From the NCBI GenBank assembly GCA_036785375.1, contig JAWMAR010000344.1:124001-188000 (forward strand): a stretch of DNA of 64,000 nt, read 5' to 3'. The notes under the pieces are model-generated. The model was not told the DNA's origin. It did no database searches and worked only from the letters and a program-made list of their open reading frames with translations. The translations under genes were made by a program, and so were the position numbers. Below, piece after piece: positions 12,165 to 24,370 of the stretch (position 1 is its first letter; the number at the start of each line of letters is the position of its first letter). The stretch comes from Leucoraja ocellata. Taxonomy: Eukaryota.

Positions 12165-14085
12165 AAGTCAAATTTGTTGTTGTCTGCACAAGTCCAGTGA
12201 TGTACTGGTACAATGAAAATCTTGCTTACAGAGGAGCAGTACAGACCGATTCTAACTTGGTAGCATGTTTCCATATGTATACTCTAATGCCTCGTCATCA
12301 CTACAATGCCAGTTCAGTTAAAAGCTACTACGTCATCTTACCTACTAGTCAAGCATTGCTCTTCATACTCACAAGGCCCTCATAAACGTAAAATATATTT
12401 AGCTTGGACCTACATACAGTGTACAAATTTTGCAAGACAGTAAAAGGAAAATACATTGGGGGAAAAAATACAAGACATTATTGCAAAACACATCAAAATA
12501 AAATCAATTCCATGGCAGTGCAAGAAATAATGTGAGGTGTTCCATTTACTAGGTAGAATTAGGGTTGTGTAAATTGGTTTAAGAACCTGATAGTTGTAGG
12601 GTTGTAGTTGTTCCTGAACTTAGTGGTGTGCGACAAGGCTTCTGTATCTTCTATTCAGTGGTAGAGTGAGAAGTGGGCATGGTCTGGATGGTCAGGATCC
12701 TTATGATATTGATGTCACCTTCTTAAGGCAATGCCTCATGTAGATGCTTTGATGGTGGGTGTACTGTGCCTGTGATGGACTGGGTTGAGTCCACCACTCT
12801 CCGCAGCCTCTTGTGTTCCCGTACATTAGAATCGCCATACAAGGACATGATGTAACCAGCCAGGTTACTTTCTGCTGTCCAACTGTAGAATTGTGTTGGA
12901 GTATTTGGGGACATGCCAAATCTCTTTAAACTTCAAATATAACCAAAGCGATGGTGCGTCTTTTTCGTGATTACATCTGGGTGCCGGGTCCTAGCACCCA
13001 GGAATTTAAAGGTGCTAACTCTCCGCTGCCGATCCATCAATGAAAACTGGTGCGTGGTCTCCCAACTTCCCCTCTCTGAAGTCATTGATTTAGTTCCTTG
13101 GTCTTGTTGGCCGTGAGCTAGAGATGGTTCTTTCAGCACTAGAATAGAATGCCTAGAATAGAATGCCTTTTATTGTCATTCAAACAGCTTGGTTTGAACA
13201 AAATTGCATTTCTACAGTCTTAACATTACAACAAAAAAACAAGACCCACACTTAACACAATTTACACAAACATCCATCACAGTGAATCACCAACACCTCC
13301 TCACTACTCAACTGGTGTTCAATCTCTCTCCTGTACACTAATCGATCACCACCCATGATTTGGCTGATCACAGTGGTGTCATTGGCAAATTTATAGATGG
13401 CAGTGGAGCTATGCTTGGCCATATAGTCATGGGTGTCCAGAGAGTAGTGCAGGGGACTAAGCATGCAGCTGTGTTCATAGTGTGGAGGAGATATTAATGG
13501 TCTACACTGATTGAAGTCTGATCATGAGGAAGTCAAGATGCCATTTGCAAATGGAGGTACAGAGCTTTGGAGTTTGGTGATGAGTTTAGAGGAACAGTAG
13601 TGTTGAACACCAAGCTGTAATCAATGAACAGCAGCCTAACATGTGTTCCTGATATCCAGGTGGTCCAAGGCAGAGAGGAGAGCCAGTGAGAGCATCTATT
13701 GTTGACCTGTTATGGGAATAGGCGAATTGAAACACATCCAGCTCATTACTCTGGTAATAATCTACCTCTCAAAGCACTTTATTATGGTGTATGTAAGTGC
13801 TACCAGACAATATTTGTTGAGACAGGTCACCATGCTCTACTTGGGATCGATGCCCTTTTAAAGCAGGTGGAAACCATAGACCGCAGAAACGAGATGTTGA
13901 AAATGTCCTTGAATATTTCAGTGGTTGGTCCACACAAGTCCGTAGTATACTGGATGCTTGGCATTGATTCACCTCCTCGAAGGATGCTCTGACATCATCC
14001 TCAGAGACTGAGAGCATTGTGTCGTCAGGGGCAGTGGGGGCTCTTTGTAGATGTGTCATTCTTTTCCCTTTCAAAGCATCAACAT
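12165..14085 (-). mobile_element. Degenerate Rex1/Babar-like LINE, interrupted at 13140-13307
   Basis: Remnants LSPLHYSLDTHD..IYKFANDTTV and FKFLG, homologous to the element at 52287-53538. Confidence 0.75.
13140..13307 (-). mobile_element. Two-hairpin retroposon family, short 3' fragment (copy C)
   Basis: (TTCTA)n-type tail; hairpin 13179-98; TCCATCACAGTGAATC motif. Confidence 0.65.
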
Positions 14086-14983
14086 TGAGTCAGTGATTGA
14101 AAATTTTGGAATTCTGCCATTCTTATGGAGGAAACACCCTTCGATTTTCCCAGACATGAATAAATTGCTGGCTATGAATGAAAATTCAGTTGCAAGATGT
14201 TAAGGGTGCCAATAAACAATATTTCACTTAACTGGCATAACATTCATGTCAAGAGGAAATGCTTTCTTCTGGGTGCACTGCCTTTTCCCAAATATTTTTC
14301 CAGTTTCCATGGCATTAAATAAAAGCAAGAGTCTCCATAACTACGTTGTTTGAATTTTTGAGAAGGTAACAAAGTGCAGTAGAGGGCAGTGCTGTAGACG
14401 TGGTTTACATGAGAGTTCAATAAAGCCTTTGACAAGATCCCACATGGTCCGAAGAAGGGTCTCGACACAAAATGTCACCCATTCCCTCTCTCTAGAGATG
14501 CTGCCTATCACGCTGAGTTACTCCAGCTTTTTGTGTCTATCTTCAGCTTCTGCACATCTCACATGAGAAACTGGTTCAAAAAGTTCGGGCCCAAAGGATC
14601 CAGAGCAAATTGGATCCAAAATTGGCTTTAGAGACAAAGGCTAATGGTAGAGGATTATTCTTGTGATTCAACGCTTGTGATTAGTGGTGTTCCTCGATTA
14701 TCAGAACTGGGAATCTTAGTTTGTAATACAAACATTCCCTTACTTTAGGGTTATGTTTAGCAAACACTTGTGTCATTTTGATCTTATGCAAGTTGGAACC
14801 ACCTTAAAACAAAGTAGAAACAAAGAACAAAGATGCTGGTTAATATGCAATACAGCACAAAGTCAGCAGGTCAAGCAGCATCTCTGGAGAACATGGAGAG
14901 ATGTTGTTTTAGAGTGGGAACTTCCTTCAGACTGATTAAGTCTGTTGAGTTACTCCAGGATTTGTGTCGTTTCACCTTAAAAC

Positions 14984-15385
14984 CAACAAGCTCTTCTTCA
15001 TCAGCTGCTGCACGATCCGGTTGACCTGGCTGGTGTTGCAGCTCGCATTGTAGCTCGTGGCTGACAGCACTTGCTTCAGGTCGCCGCAGCAGCACGTACT
15101 CTGTCACCATGGGACTCCTTCCCTTTTCGCCAGCTACTGCTTCTTCCTGTTGATCGTCGCTTTATCCACTTCCCCCCCTCCACTGCCACTCCCTCCTCCT
15201 TCCCAACAATCAAGGTATTGGCAACTGGTGAAGAAGGGCTCGCTGATGCACCTTGTGGAAGATGTCAGCAACTCAGCCGGGTCTTGCTCTCCACCAACTA
15301 CCTCGTCCTTGCCCCCCTTCCCAATGTTGCACCGAGCCTGGGCGACGGTTTTATAGCCCTCGCCATCCTCCTGTTGCAATAACAC
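14984..15385 (-). pseudogene. Histone H1-like pseudogene fragment
   Basis: GC-rich island. Across frameshifts reads basic KATINRKKQ*LAKR, then PMVTEYVLL, then DLKQVLSATSYNASCNTSQVNRIVQQLMKKSL, resembling H1 globular-domain helices. Confidence 0.45.
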
Positions 15386-15479
15386 ATGTCATTCAGGAAA
15401 TGAGACCACCTATTGTGAATTGGTAACATAAGTTTGAGTTTACGTAATTCATCTATTTAGGGAGCAAGTTAGGGAGTGC

Positions 15480-15930
15480 CCGTTTATGTGAATGATTTGG
15501 ATGTGGATATAGGCGGCATGAGCAGTGAGTTCACAGATGACACAAAGGTTGGTGGAGATGTTGATATTGTGGAGGGTAGTCCTAGGTTAGGGGTGATGTG
15601 AATGTGTTGGTGAAATGGGGCTGAGGATTGGCAGGTGAAGTTTATTCCCAATAAATATAAAATTATGCATTTTGGGAGTGCTATTGAGCCCACGGCATAC
15701 ACCGTGAATGGCAAGGTCCTTTGGAGTTTTAAAGAACAGACAGGCCTTGGTATACAAGTCCACAAATACTAGAACGTGGTAGTGTAAGAAGATAACATGG
15801 TTAAGAAAACATGTGATAGTAGCCTTCATTTTCATTTGTTGGAGCATTGAATACAAGAGCAGGAAAGTAATGTTCCAATTTAAAAAAAAATTTTCAGACC
15901 TCAGCTGGAGTACTGCATGCATTTCTGATC
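15480..15930 (+). mobile_element. Degenerate CR1-like LINE fragment
   Basis: Remnant FTDDTKVGG and MHFG RT motifs. Confidence 0.7.
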
Positions 15931-16398
15931 ACAGTAGGTTTTGGTGCATTGTTGCCATGTGCACTGAGGTACAGTGAAAAGCTTGTGTTTGTGTGCTATC
16001 CAATCAAATCAGATAATAGACACAAAATGCTGGAGTAACTCAGTGGATTTAAAAGCAAGACATTAACATATTGAAAGCGGGAACATTATACAGTGGCACA
16101 CTATAGATAAGTCTTAGGACTCGCTGTATTTAAGGCATACAATTAGAACTTAAGTTTGTGAAGTATCATCGTGATGCTGCCTTCAATTTACCAGTATTGT
16201 TTGATTAGCCTAGGAGAAGACTTTGTTAAATATTACAGTTTGGACCCCTGCTTCCAGAGAATGAAATGATATAATTACCAAAGAAATGCTTTGCCAGGCA
16301 ATATAAATCTCACCATTGACTGTTTAAATGTAAATACCCATGGGATATTTGTGTGTCAGATATGATATTTTATGTGATCTATACATTTTTTCCTCTAG

Positions 16399-16565
16399 CT
16401 CTGCCCTCAAATCTGATGGATACTCAACAACCATCTCCACCTCCAATGCCTCCTCAGGGCCACCTGCCAAAGTTTGTCTAGTTTGCTCGGATGAAGCGTC
16501 TGGATGTCATTACGGTGTTCTTACTTGTGGAAGTTGCAAGGTTTTTTTCAAGAGAGCTGTAGAAG
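16399..16565 (+). CDS. NR3C1: Glucocorticoid receptor exon 3 (first zinc finger, P-box)
   Basis: tttttcctctAG acceptor (16397-98), GTAAG donor (16566). Encodes ..[35 protein letters not shown](G). 167 bp, same as human NR3C1 exon 3 as I recall it. Confidence 0.97.
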
Positions 16566-17015
16566 GTAAGGATTTTAAAGTATTAATGTGTTTTAACCTA
16601 ATCATTATATTATAGGTAAGATGGGCAAAAGCAAAATTTTATTTTCATAAATTTATCAGTGCTTCCTGTGCCAAAGTGTAAAAAAGGAACTGCAGCAAGA
16701 AATGAAACCATATTGCAGAAAGAAATTAAAACGAAAAAGTGAAATTTGCCTCTGCTTATTTACGATTATGTAGAATATATATTGTGGAAATGCACTGTTT
16801 GACTCATCAGTACTTATGGGTTCCCTTGAACATTCTCCCAACTATCCTCATTTACTTTAATAATGTAACCTTCTATCCCCTTATCCCACCTCCCCATAAA
16901 TAAATCAATACAATTTGTTCCGTCACACTCTGTTGATGAGTTCCATATTCAAGGCACTCCTCTCAATTCGTTAGATAGACACAGGATGGGAGCATCCCTG
17001 GAGAAAAATAATAGG

Positions 17016-17618
17016 TGGGCTAATCTAGCGGCAACTAGAATGAGGAGAGTAGCGAGAATTCTCGAGCCGTAGGTGGGTCGCCAGGAGGTCGAAGGTTCTT
17101 GGAGGTTCTCGTAGGTTGTAGCCGGTGCTGACCGGTGAATTTCATTGGCTCATTGGGAGGAAAAAAAGGTAAGCAGTAGTTTTCAGAACCAAGGATAACC
17201 GACCGGTAATGTTAAATGTCCGCCGAGCTTCACAGCCATGTATCTCTGACTTCTTAACAGTTGTCTCCATTCCTTCTCCCTCTTTCCCCCCCCACCCCCC
17301 CCCCCCCCGCACCCTTTATAAGGATTTACCGTACACTGTGCTTTAGCCGTCTTTTTACAGCGCCAACCCTGTTCATCGCGGTGTGTGTCTGTTTCACCTT
17401 GGCTTTGCACATATGAATTTATTAGACAGCGCTCCCCCCACTTGCCCTGTCCCCCACCTGCATAACGGGCTGGTGAAGGAAGCGATGTGTGTGTGTGTGT
17501 GTGTGTGTGTGTTCCACTCTGACAGTCGCCGTTCCAGTTGCCGGTTTTTCAAGTGACTCCCGGCAACTTGACAGTCGCCGGCAGTCCGCTGAAAGATCGC
17601 CTAAGTGGGACAGGCCCA
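17016..17618. mobile_element. PIF/Harbinger-like MITE (left TIR damaged), contains (GT)n
   Basis: Right end AAGTGGGACAGGCCCA|TTA shared with the other Harbinger-like copies. Confidence 0.65.
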
Positions 17619-17769
17619 TTATATTCCCATATGCTTTGATAATTTGGATGAATTCACCAATGCCAAGTTATGTCACTATTGCCATGTGGAAACTAAATGC
17701 AAAGCTAAGTCTGCAAATTTACACAAAGCGCAAAGTGCTGGAGGAACTCAACAAGTCGGGCAGCATCAG

Positions 17770-18045
17770 ACCACCAGGGGCGCCGGGGTGATGGCAGCCC
17801 TGCCAGCAGTCTGTCCGTCCCGTCATCGGAGCGCTCAAGGCCCCCGACCGAGGAAGAACACAAGGACTTGAACTTTATTCTGCCTTCCATCACAGTGAGG
17901 AATGTGTAGGAGTCACTGTGGTGGATGTTCATGTCAAATGTGTTTTTGAGTCTGTTGCTTTTAATTGTATGACTGACCTGGCCAGTGAAATTCCTCGTAT
18001 GTTGCAAAACATACTTGGCGAATAAATTCTGATTCTGATTTTGAT
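17770..18045 (+). mobile_element. Two-hairpin retroposon family (copy F), nested in a Penelope-derived repeat
   Basis: TCCATCACAGTGA..TCACTGTGGTGGA stem; terminal hairpin 17997-18014; AATAAA plus (TTCTGA)n tail. Confidence 0.65.
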
Positions 18046-19137
18046 CTGTGGAGGGAACGGACAGACAACATTTTGTGTCAGGACCCTTCTTCAGACCTGA
18101 AACGTGTGTTTGTCAATTCCTTCCATAGATGCTGCTTGATCCATTGAGTTCTTCCAACACTGCGCATTTATTATTACTGTGCAACCTGTTTAGGATTTAA
18201 CAACTCAGTTAAGTATTTGAAAAGCGTGGATTCTCACTGGTATCTTATTACTTAACTGTGGCTAAGGAACACTCTTCCATCAACTCATCATTCCATAATG
18301 TAATTGCAAAACTGGCTCAACATCCCATATATTTATAGCATGTTCACCGCATTGAAGTATGCATCAAGTCTAACTCATTTGATCCACCCACTTAGCGTTG
18401 ATATAAGCCTCCTTTCACTGAAACAAAAAAAACCTGCAGAAAATCTGAAATGAAACTAGAAAAAATGGATACGCATCAGATCAGATGGGGAAATGGCGTT
18501 AATCAGAGATTATTGACCTGAAACATTAGCTCACATTTTCTATCCATAGATGTTGCCTGACTTGGCTGAGTGTCTGCTGCATTTTTTGTTTATTTCAAGC
18601 TTCTCTTACTTGTCGTCTTCGCTTGAATTTATTTCTGAGTCATAGCCATGGATACTTCAGCCCTTCGGCCCAACTTTTCCATGCTCTTAGCTCCAATTGA
18701 CTGCCACTATGCATATAATTAACACTTTGGGGAAATATTTGAATGGACTCAGTCCTTGCCTTGGTTATAAACAGTCAATTTGCAATTCTACCTACTTGTT
18801 TTGATGCATGACTGCATCCGAAATGTTAACTATCCTTTTGGCTTTATGGATGCTGCCTGAACCGTTGAATTTCTCCAGCATTTTTCGTTTTGCGTGTTCA
18901 TATTTTTGTTGCCTATAAAAAAATAAGCTATTCATATTGTCCCAGTCCTATATTGACTGGATTACTCTGCAATGGTCTTGTATCTTTGGTAGACACAAAA
19001 TACTGGAGTAACTCAGCGGGACACGCAGCATCTCTGTGCACATGTCTTTTGCAGGGTGTTGCCTCTGAACCATTGGGAAGTTCTAATGTTGGTTGTGCCA
19101 ATGGTATTTTCACTTAAATTTACTCTTTTCCATGTAG

Positions 19138-19254
19138 GGCAGCATAACTACCTCTGTGCTGGAAGGAATGACTGCATCATTGACAAGATTCGCCGAAAGA
19201 ACTGCCCAGCTTGTCGTTTCAGAAAGTGCCTCCAAGCTGGGATGAACCTTGATG
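19138..19254 (+). CDS. NR3C1: Glucocorticoid receptor exon 4 (second zinc finger)
   Basis: AG 19136-37, GTAAAT donor. [39 protein letters not shown]; 117 bp; phase matches exon 3. Confidence 0.97.
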
Positions 19255-21317
19255 GTAAATTTGATTCAACTATCTCCATTCAGACTATTGTGATCAAATG
19301 GGTAAATGGTGAAGTTATGGGAAAAGTTGGTAATGGGAGATATCTGGTTGTCCTTGCATTAAAATCAGAGAAATATAGTGCATCGCTTTAGTAACCTATT
19401 AAGAAAACAAATGATGTGTGATCCTTATAATGAAGGGACTGGAGTAAAGGAACAAAGCTTTATTAATAAAATTATATAGGAACATAATAGAGACACAAAA
19501 TACTTCAGATGCTAGAATCTAAAGCAAAAACAAACCAGGCAGCATCTGTGGGGGGAAATAGACTGTTAATGTTGGGGGTTGAGGGCTTTTCTCTGAATCA
19601 GACTTTCAATTTCCATCCACAAATGCTGTCTAATCCGCTGAGTTCCTCTGGCAGTTTGCTTTTTGATCTGACAAGAATACCCAATATTTACTTCTCTTGC
19701 AGCTTGTCCTTTGAGCCTATGTGGGGCTTTTTTAGGACAGTGTGGGAGACCAAAGGTGAGATGGAGAATTAACTTGGAGGCTCATGGTTGTCATTGCAGA
19801 TTGAACAAATATGTTTTGCACAAAATCAGTTCACAAAGTTGATAGAGGCACAAGAGAGTTACTGTTTCACTCGGATAGAAAATTTGGATCGCTGATTAGT
19901 TGGAGGAAGTAAAGGATAGGTGTTATATCTCATGTAGTTGCATGTGAAGCTGCTGTGAGAAGGGAATTGAGTGTTGGTAGGAGTGGAAGAGGGAAATAGG
20001 GGAGGTCACAGAAGAAATGGTCTAAATGTGGGGAAGATCAGATATGTCGGAGGATACTGAGTGAAAATTGCAGATACCCTGGTTGAGGTTTGTGAGTCGT
20101 CATTAAATAAGGCTGAGGTGCCAGAAGACTGGTGGGTCGTAAATGTTGTGCCTCTAAGATGGGCTGCAGGGAAAAGCCTGGGAACTACAAGCCAGTGAGT
20201 CTAACATCTGTGGTTGGAAAGTTACTGGACAGTATTCTGAGCGTTATTTATAAGATATAAGCATTTAGATGGACACTTGCTAATTGGGGATAGACAGCAT
20301 GGTTTTGTACGTGAGAGATCATGTCTCACAAATCATCTTGGGATTTTTGAAGATATGACCAAAACAATTGTTGGGTCAGCTGTAAACATATATTGATTTC
20401 AGCAAGGCATTTGACAAGGTTCCAAATGGTAGACTGCTCTGGAAGGTTAGATTGCATGGGATCGAAGGACTGATAGATGACTGGAGAGAAAATTGGCATC
20501 ATGGAAGAAAGCAAAGGGTAATGGTGGAAGGTTTTTTATCGGACTGTAGACCTTTGACCAGTGGTGTGCCTCAGGGTTCATTGCTGGGCCAATTGCTTTT
20601 GTCATCTATATCAATGATTTGGATTTGAACATACAAGGCATGATTAGCAAATTTGAAGATGATACTAAAGTGGGTGGTAGTGTAGATAGTGAAGATGGCT
20701 GTCAAAAATTGCAGAAGGATCGTGATCAATTGGTGGGCTGAGGAATGGTTGATGAAATTAAATATAGAGAAGTGCAAGGAGTTGCATTTTGGGAAGTCTA
20801 ACCAGGGCAAGGACGTACACAATAATTGTCAGGGCTCTGGGGAGTGTAGCATAGCAGAGGGATCTAAGAGTGCAGGTACAGAGCACCATGAAAGTGGCAT
20901 TGCAGGTAGATAGGGTGGTCAAGAAGGCTTTCGGCACATTGACCATTGTCAGTCAGAGTATTGAGTATAGAAGTTGGGAGGTCACATTATAGTTGTGTAA
21001 GGCATTGGTGAGACTGCATTTAGAGTATTACTAGACTAAGTGGGACCCGTTGGGTCCCATGATGACACGGGAGGGCTGGTCCACCAACACAATATTCCAC
21101 CTCTCCACCAATTCCAATATTGGTGGGCAGTGGAGGGCTTTCTGGAGCGTTAGTATGGGTGTTGTGGGCTAAAGGGACTGGTTTCATGAAGGCTAGTATG
21201 GACATTGTGGGCCAAATGAATTCTTGGGGTGGCAGCTCAGTCACTCAAGCCTGATGTGCTGGCAGCTCACTCACGGCTGGTGGGCTGGCAGTTGACTCAT
21301 GGCTATTCATTGAAATT

Positions 21318-21707
21318 CCATTTCAAGCAGGGTGCAAGGCCACCAAATTCAAATGCAGTTTCCTACCATTTCTAGCAGGGTGCAAGGCCACCAAATTCAA
21401 GTGCAGTTTCATACCACTTCAAGCAGGGTGCAAGGCCACCCAATTCAAGTACAGTTCCATACCACTTCAAGCAGGGTCCATTTCAAGCAGGATGCAAGGC
21501 CACCAAATTCAAGTGCAGTTTCGTACCACTTCAAGCAGGGTGCAAGGCCACCAAATTCAAGTGCAGTTTCATACTACTTCATGCAGGGTGCAAGGCCACC
21601 AAATGCAAGTGCAGTTTCATGCCATTTCAAGCAGGGTGCAAGGCCACCAAATTCAAGTGCAGTTTCATGCCGCATCAAGCAGGGTGCAGGGCCACCAAAT
21701 TCAAGTA
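21318..21707. repeat. 48-bp minisatellite, about 8 units, inside the Helitron
   Basis: Unit AAGCAGGGTGCAAGGCCACCAAATTCAAGTGCAGTTTCATACCACTTC. Confidence 0.92.
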
Positions 21708-22053
21708 AACACATAAAGTAAATTCACATAAACACACTCACAGTTCAGTAGACATTCAGTGTGTTCAGTTGATTCACAGCTCAGAGTCGTGACCGCTCCC
21801 TCCCCCATCTTGCATAGTGAGCCACACCCACACTTCCGTGGCTTTCATGCGTGATTGATAGGAGAGAGATTCTCAGCATTTTTTAAACACTAATAACACT
21901 TTTATTTTTCATTGATGGGAAGAATCTTCTGCACCTGATGAGCAGAGAGAGACTGAGTAAGATGGGGAAAAATCACAGCCATAAGTGGTAGCGTTTTATC
22001 TAAAATCAATATACAGTGCAAACAGGAAGTTGTCAAGTTTAGACTTTTAATCC

Positions 22054-22240
22054 AGTGCTTTATTTCAAACCAACCACCACCAACAATCATTTGCAGTGCT
22101 TTATTTTAAACCAACCACCATTTGCAGTGCTTTATTTCAAACCAACTACCATTTGCAGTGCTTTATTTCAAACCATCCACCATTTGCTTTGCTTTATTTC
22201 AAACCAACCACATTTTCATTTTCATTTTCAAACCACATTA
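22054..22240. repeat. About 31-bp minisatellite, about 5 units, inside the Helitron
   Basis: Unit TGCAGTGCTTTATTTCAAACCAACCACCATT. Confidence 0.88.
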
Positions 22241-23208
22241 AGGGCACTCAAGGTCAGTAAAACCACGCTCACAGTTTAGTAGACATGTGTTCAGGGTTAT
22301 TCACAGCTCAGATTGAGAGACGTGACCCTCTCGCTCCCCCATCTTGCAGAGACTGACTGAGGCACTCAACACTTCTGGGTTTTATAGTCCCTCCAGAAGG
22401 GGCGTGGCCTTCAGGAGAGAGAATCTCAACATTTTTTAAACACTAATAACTCTTTTATTTTTCATCAAAGGGGAAAATCCTCTTGTCCTGCACAGCAGAT
22501 GGCCAAAAATCACAGCCATAAGTGGCAACGTTTTTTCTAAAATCAATATACAGAACAATAGGAAGTGGTCAATATCAGACTTTCAGTAATATAGATGTTC
22601 TGTCCTGTTACCTTGTTATAGGAAAGATGGTGCTAAGCAGGAAAGGGAGCAGTGAAGATTTAGGAGGGTGTCGGAACGCAAGGCCCTGAACTTATAGGGA
22701 AAGGTTGAGCAGGAGGATGAGGGGTGATCTTACAGAGGTGTATAAGAACATGACGGGAATAGACAGGGTAAATGCACAGAGTATTTTACCCAATGTAGGG
22801 GAATCAAGAATTAGAGGACATAGGTTAAGGTGTGGGTTGCAAAGCTTCAATAGGAACCTGAGGGGCAACCTTTTTACACAAAGAGTGGTAGGTATTTGGA
22901 ATGAGCTGCTGGAAGAGTTAGTTGAGACATGTACTATCCCAACATTTAAAAATCATTTGGATATGTACATGGATAGGATTGGTTTGAAGCGATTATGGGC
23001 CAAACGCGGGCAGGTGGGACTAGTGTAGATTGGGCATGTTGGTCGTGAAGGGTTCCACGCTCTATGACTATGACTCAATCTCATAATTAAGCCATAATCA
23101 ATTAATGCCGTGTTATCAGTCACAGCAATGGCCTTTCCAATAAGATTTCGCTCTCAGATGGGACACCTCTTTCGAAACACTGCAGTAAATCTAAAATTTT
23201 ATTTGTAG

Positions 23209-23481
23209 CTCGGAAGACAAAGAAGAAGATGAAGGCGCCACACAGCAGCACCTCAGAAACCACAACAAAGGCAGTATCACAGGACCTTACTCTCGTGCGC
23301 CCTGCATTGCCTGTCTTAAGCCCATCTGTAACCTCGATCCTTGAGATGATTGAGCCAGATCTGTTGTATGCAGGATATGACAGCTCTTTGCCCGATACGC
23401 CTAACCGGCTTCTGTCAGGATTGAATAACTTGGGTGGGCTACAGATGGTCTCGGTTGTGAAATGGGCAAAAACTCTGCCAG
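23209..23481 (+). CDS. NR3C1: Glucocorticoid receptor exon 5 (hinge/NLS, LBD helices 1-3)
   Basis: AG 23207-08, GTAAGT donor. ARKTKKKMK...[44 protein letters not shown](G). ARKTKK and LGG are GR-like rather than MR-like; 273 bp. Confidence 0.96.
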
Positions 23482-23493
23482 GTAAGTGATAAT

Positions 23494-24370
23494 TATAGCC
23501 AGGATTTGCTTTTTCATGCTTTTTTTGATGATTTCACCAAGATAATGCCTTTTTCACAATCGAGTGCCTAAATCAGCATTTTTTTTGCCGTTTTGCTAAA
23601 ATGTTGTGCTATTTTCTCTAGTTACACCATGTTTTCTATGTCAACATGTTAATATTAATGTTATTATTAACGTGCTATCATAGTATAAATTGCAAGAAAA
23701 TTTCCACCACCGGGGGCGCCACCGTCGGCCGTTCATTCATTCGTGCCGCTGCCCGCTGGTTCAGTCTTCTCCAAAATCTATTTATTGCTTCCAATTTTGC
23801 AAACATCCCACAAGCAATCACTTCCCTTGAGAAACGTGGTGAAACATTAGTGAATAACTTGAAGGTTTTCAACAAAGTAACTGATGATATTCGTAAAGTT
23901 CCTGGCGATGTAGGTAGCAAAGACATACAAGGAAAATGTGAGAGAGTGATTTTAGCTAACAAAGATCATGAAGAAATACAAACATAGCTAAAGTTCGCAA
24001 AGGTAGTTGTAATGCACAAGATATCGACATGAATATAGTCTGTAGCTTGTTTCAGGTATGCACCAGTGACCTCAGCTGAGGTAGAAAGAAGTTTTTCACA
24101 ACTGAAGCATATTCTGTATGACAGACGGCATAGTTTAACATCAGATAATTTGAAAAAAAGGCTAGTAATTATGTGCGACCAAGCAACTTTGGTCATTTAA
24201 TGTAGTATATATATATTATTATTTTTAACCATATTTTGGTGGTGGAAACACATGCCTTTTTATGCCTTTTTATGGCAATAAATGTATTTTTCGTGCCTTT
24301 TTGTAATTTTTATTATGCCTTTTTGCCTGCCTATTTCAGAGTTTTTTAATGCCTAAACACCCTGGCTCTG
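23494..24370 (+). mobile_element. Internally deleted hAT transposon
   Basis: 8-bp TSD GTGATAAT (23486-93, 24371-78). TIR (T/C)A(T/G)AGCCAGG. Dimerization-domain remnant FRYAPVTSAEVERSFSQLKHILYDRRHSLTSDNL at ~24050-24155. Confidence 0.9.

Larger units (their letters stand above)
21031..22595 (-). mobile_element. Non-autonomous Helitron
   Basis: Minus strand A|TCTATATTACT ... GGGACCC-AAC-GGGTCCC-ACTTAGT-CTAG|T: 5' TC, 3' hairpin plus CTAG, inserted in AT with no TSD. Removing it restores the CR1 sequence. Confidence 0.92.
20030..23075 (+). mobile_element. CR1/HER1-like LINE, degenerate, split by a Helitron
   Basis: PGNYKPVSLTS, DFSKAFDKVP, GVPQGS, KFEDDTKV, TQRVVGIWNEL remnants; (TATGAC)n tail. 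Confidence 0.88.

Noticed and set aside
16985-17014. In-frame 30-nt AG..GT segment (GWEHPWRKII) between the zinc-finger exons, reminiscent of the teleost GR1 9-aa insert
   Set aside because: No polypyrimidine tract, and the sequence resembles a decayed copy of the common short repeat at a MITE junction. Only junction reads could rescue it.
21332-21721. ORFs with 16-aa repeats (VQGHQIQVQFHTTSSR) and a CRISPR-like look
   Set aside because: Head-to-tail 48-bp minisatellite without unique spacers, inside a Helitron in a vertebrate intron.
23704-23722. CTCF-like CCACCGGGGGCGCC (also CCACCAGGGGCGCC at 17771)
   Set aside because: Each is one base short of the core spacing and lies within a TE; not supportable without data.
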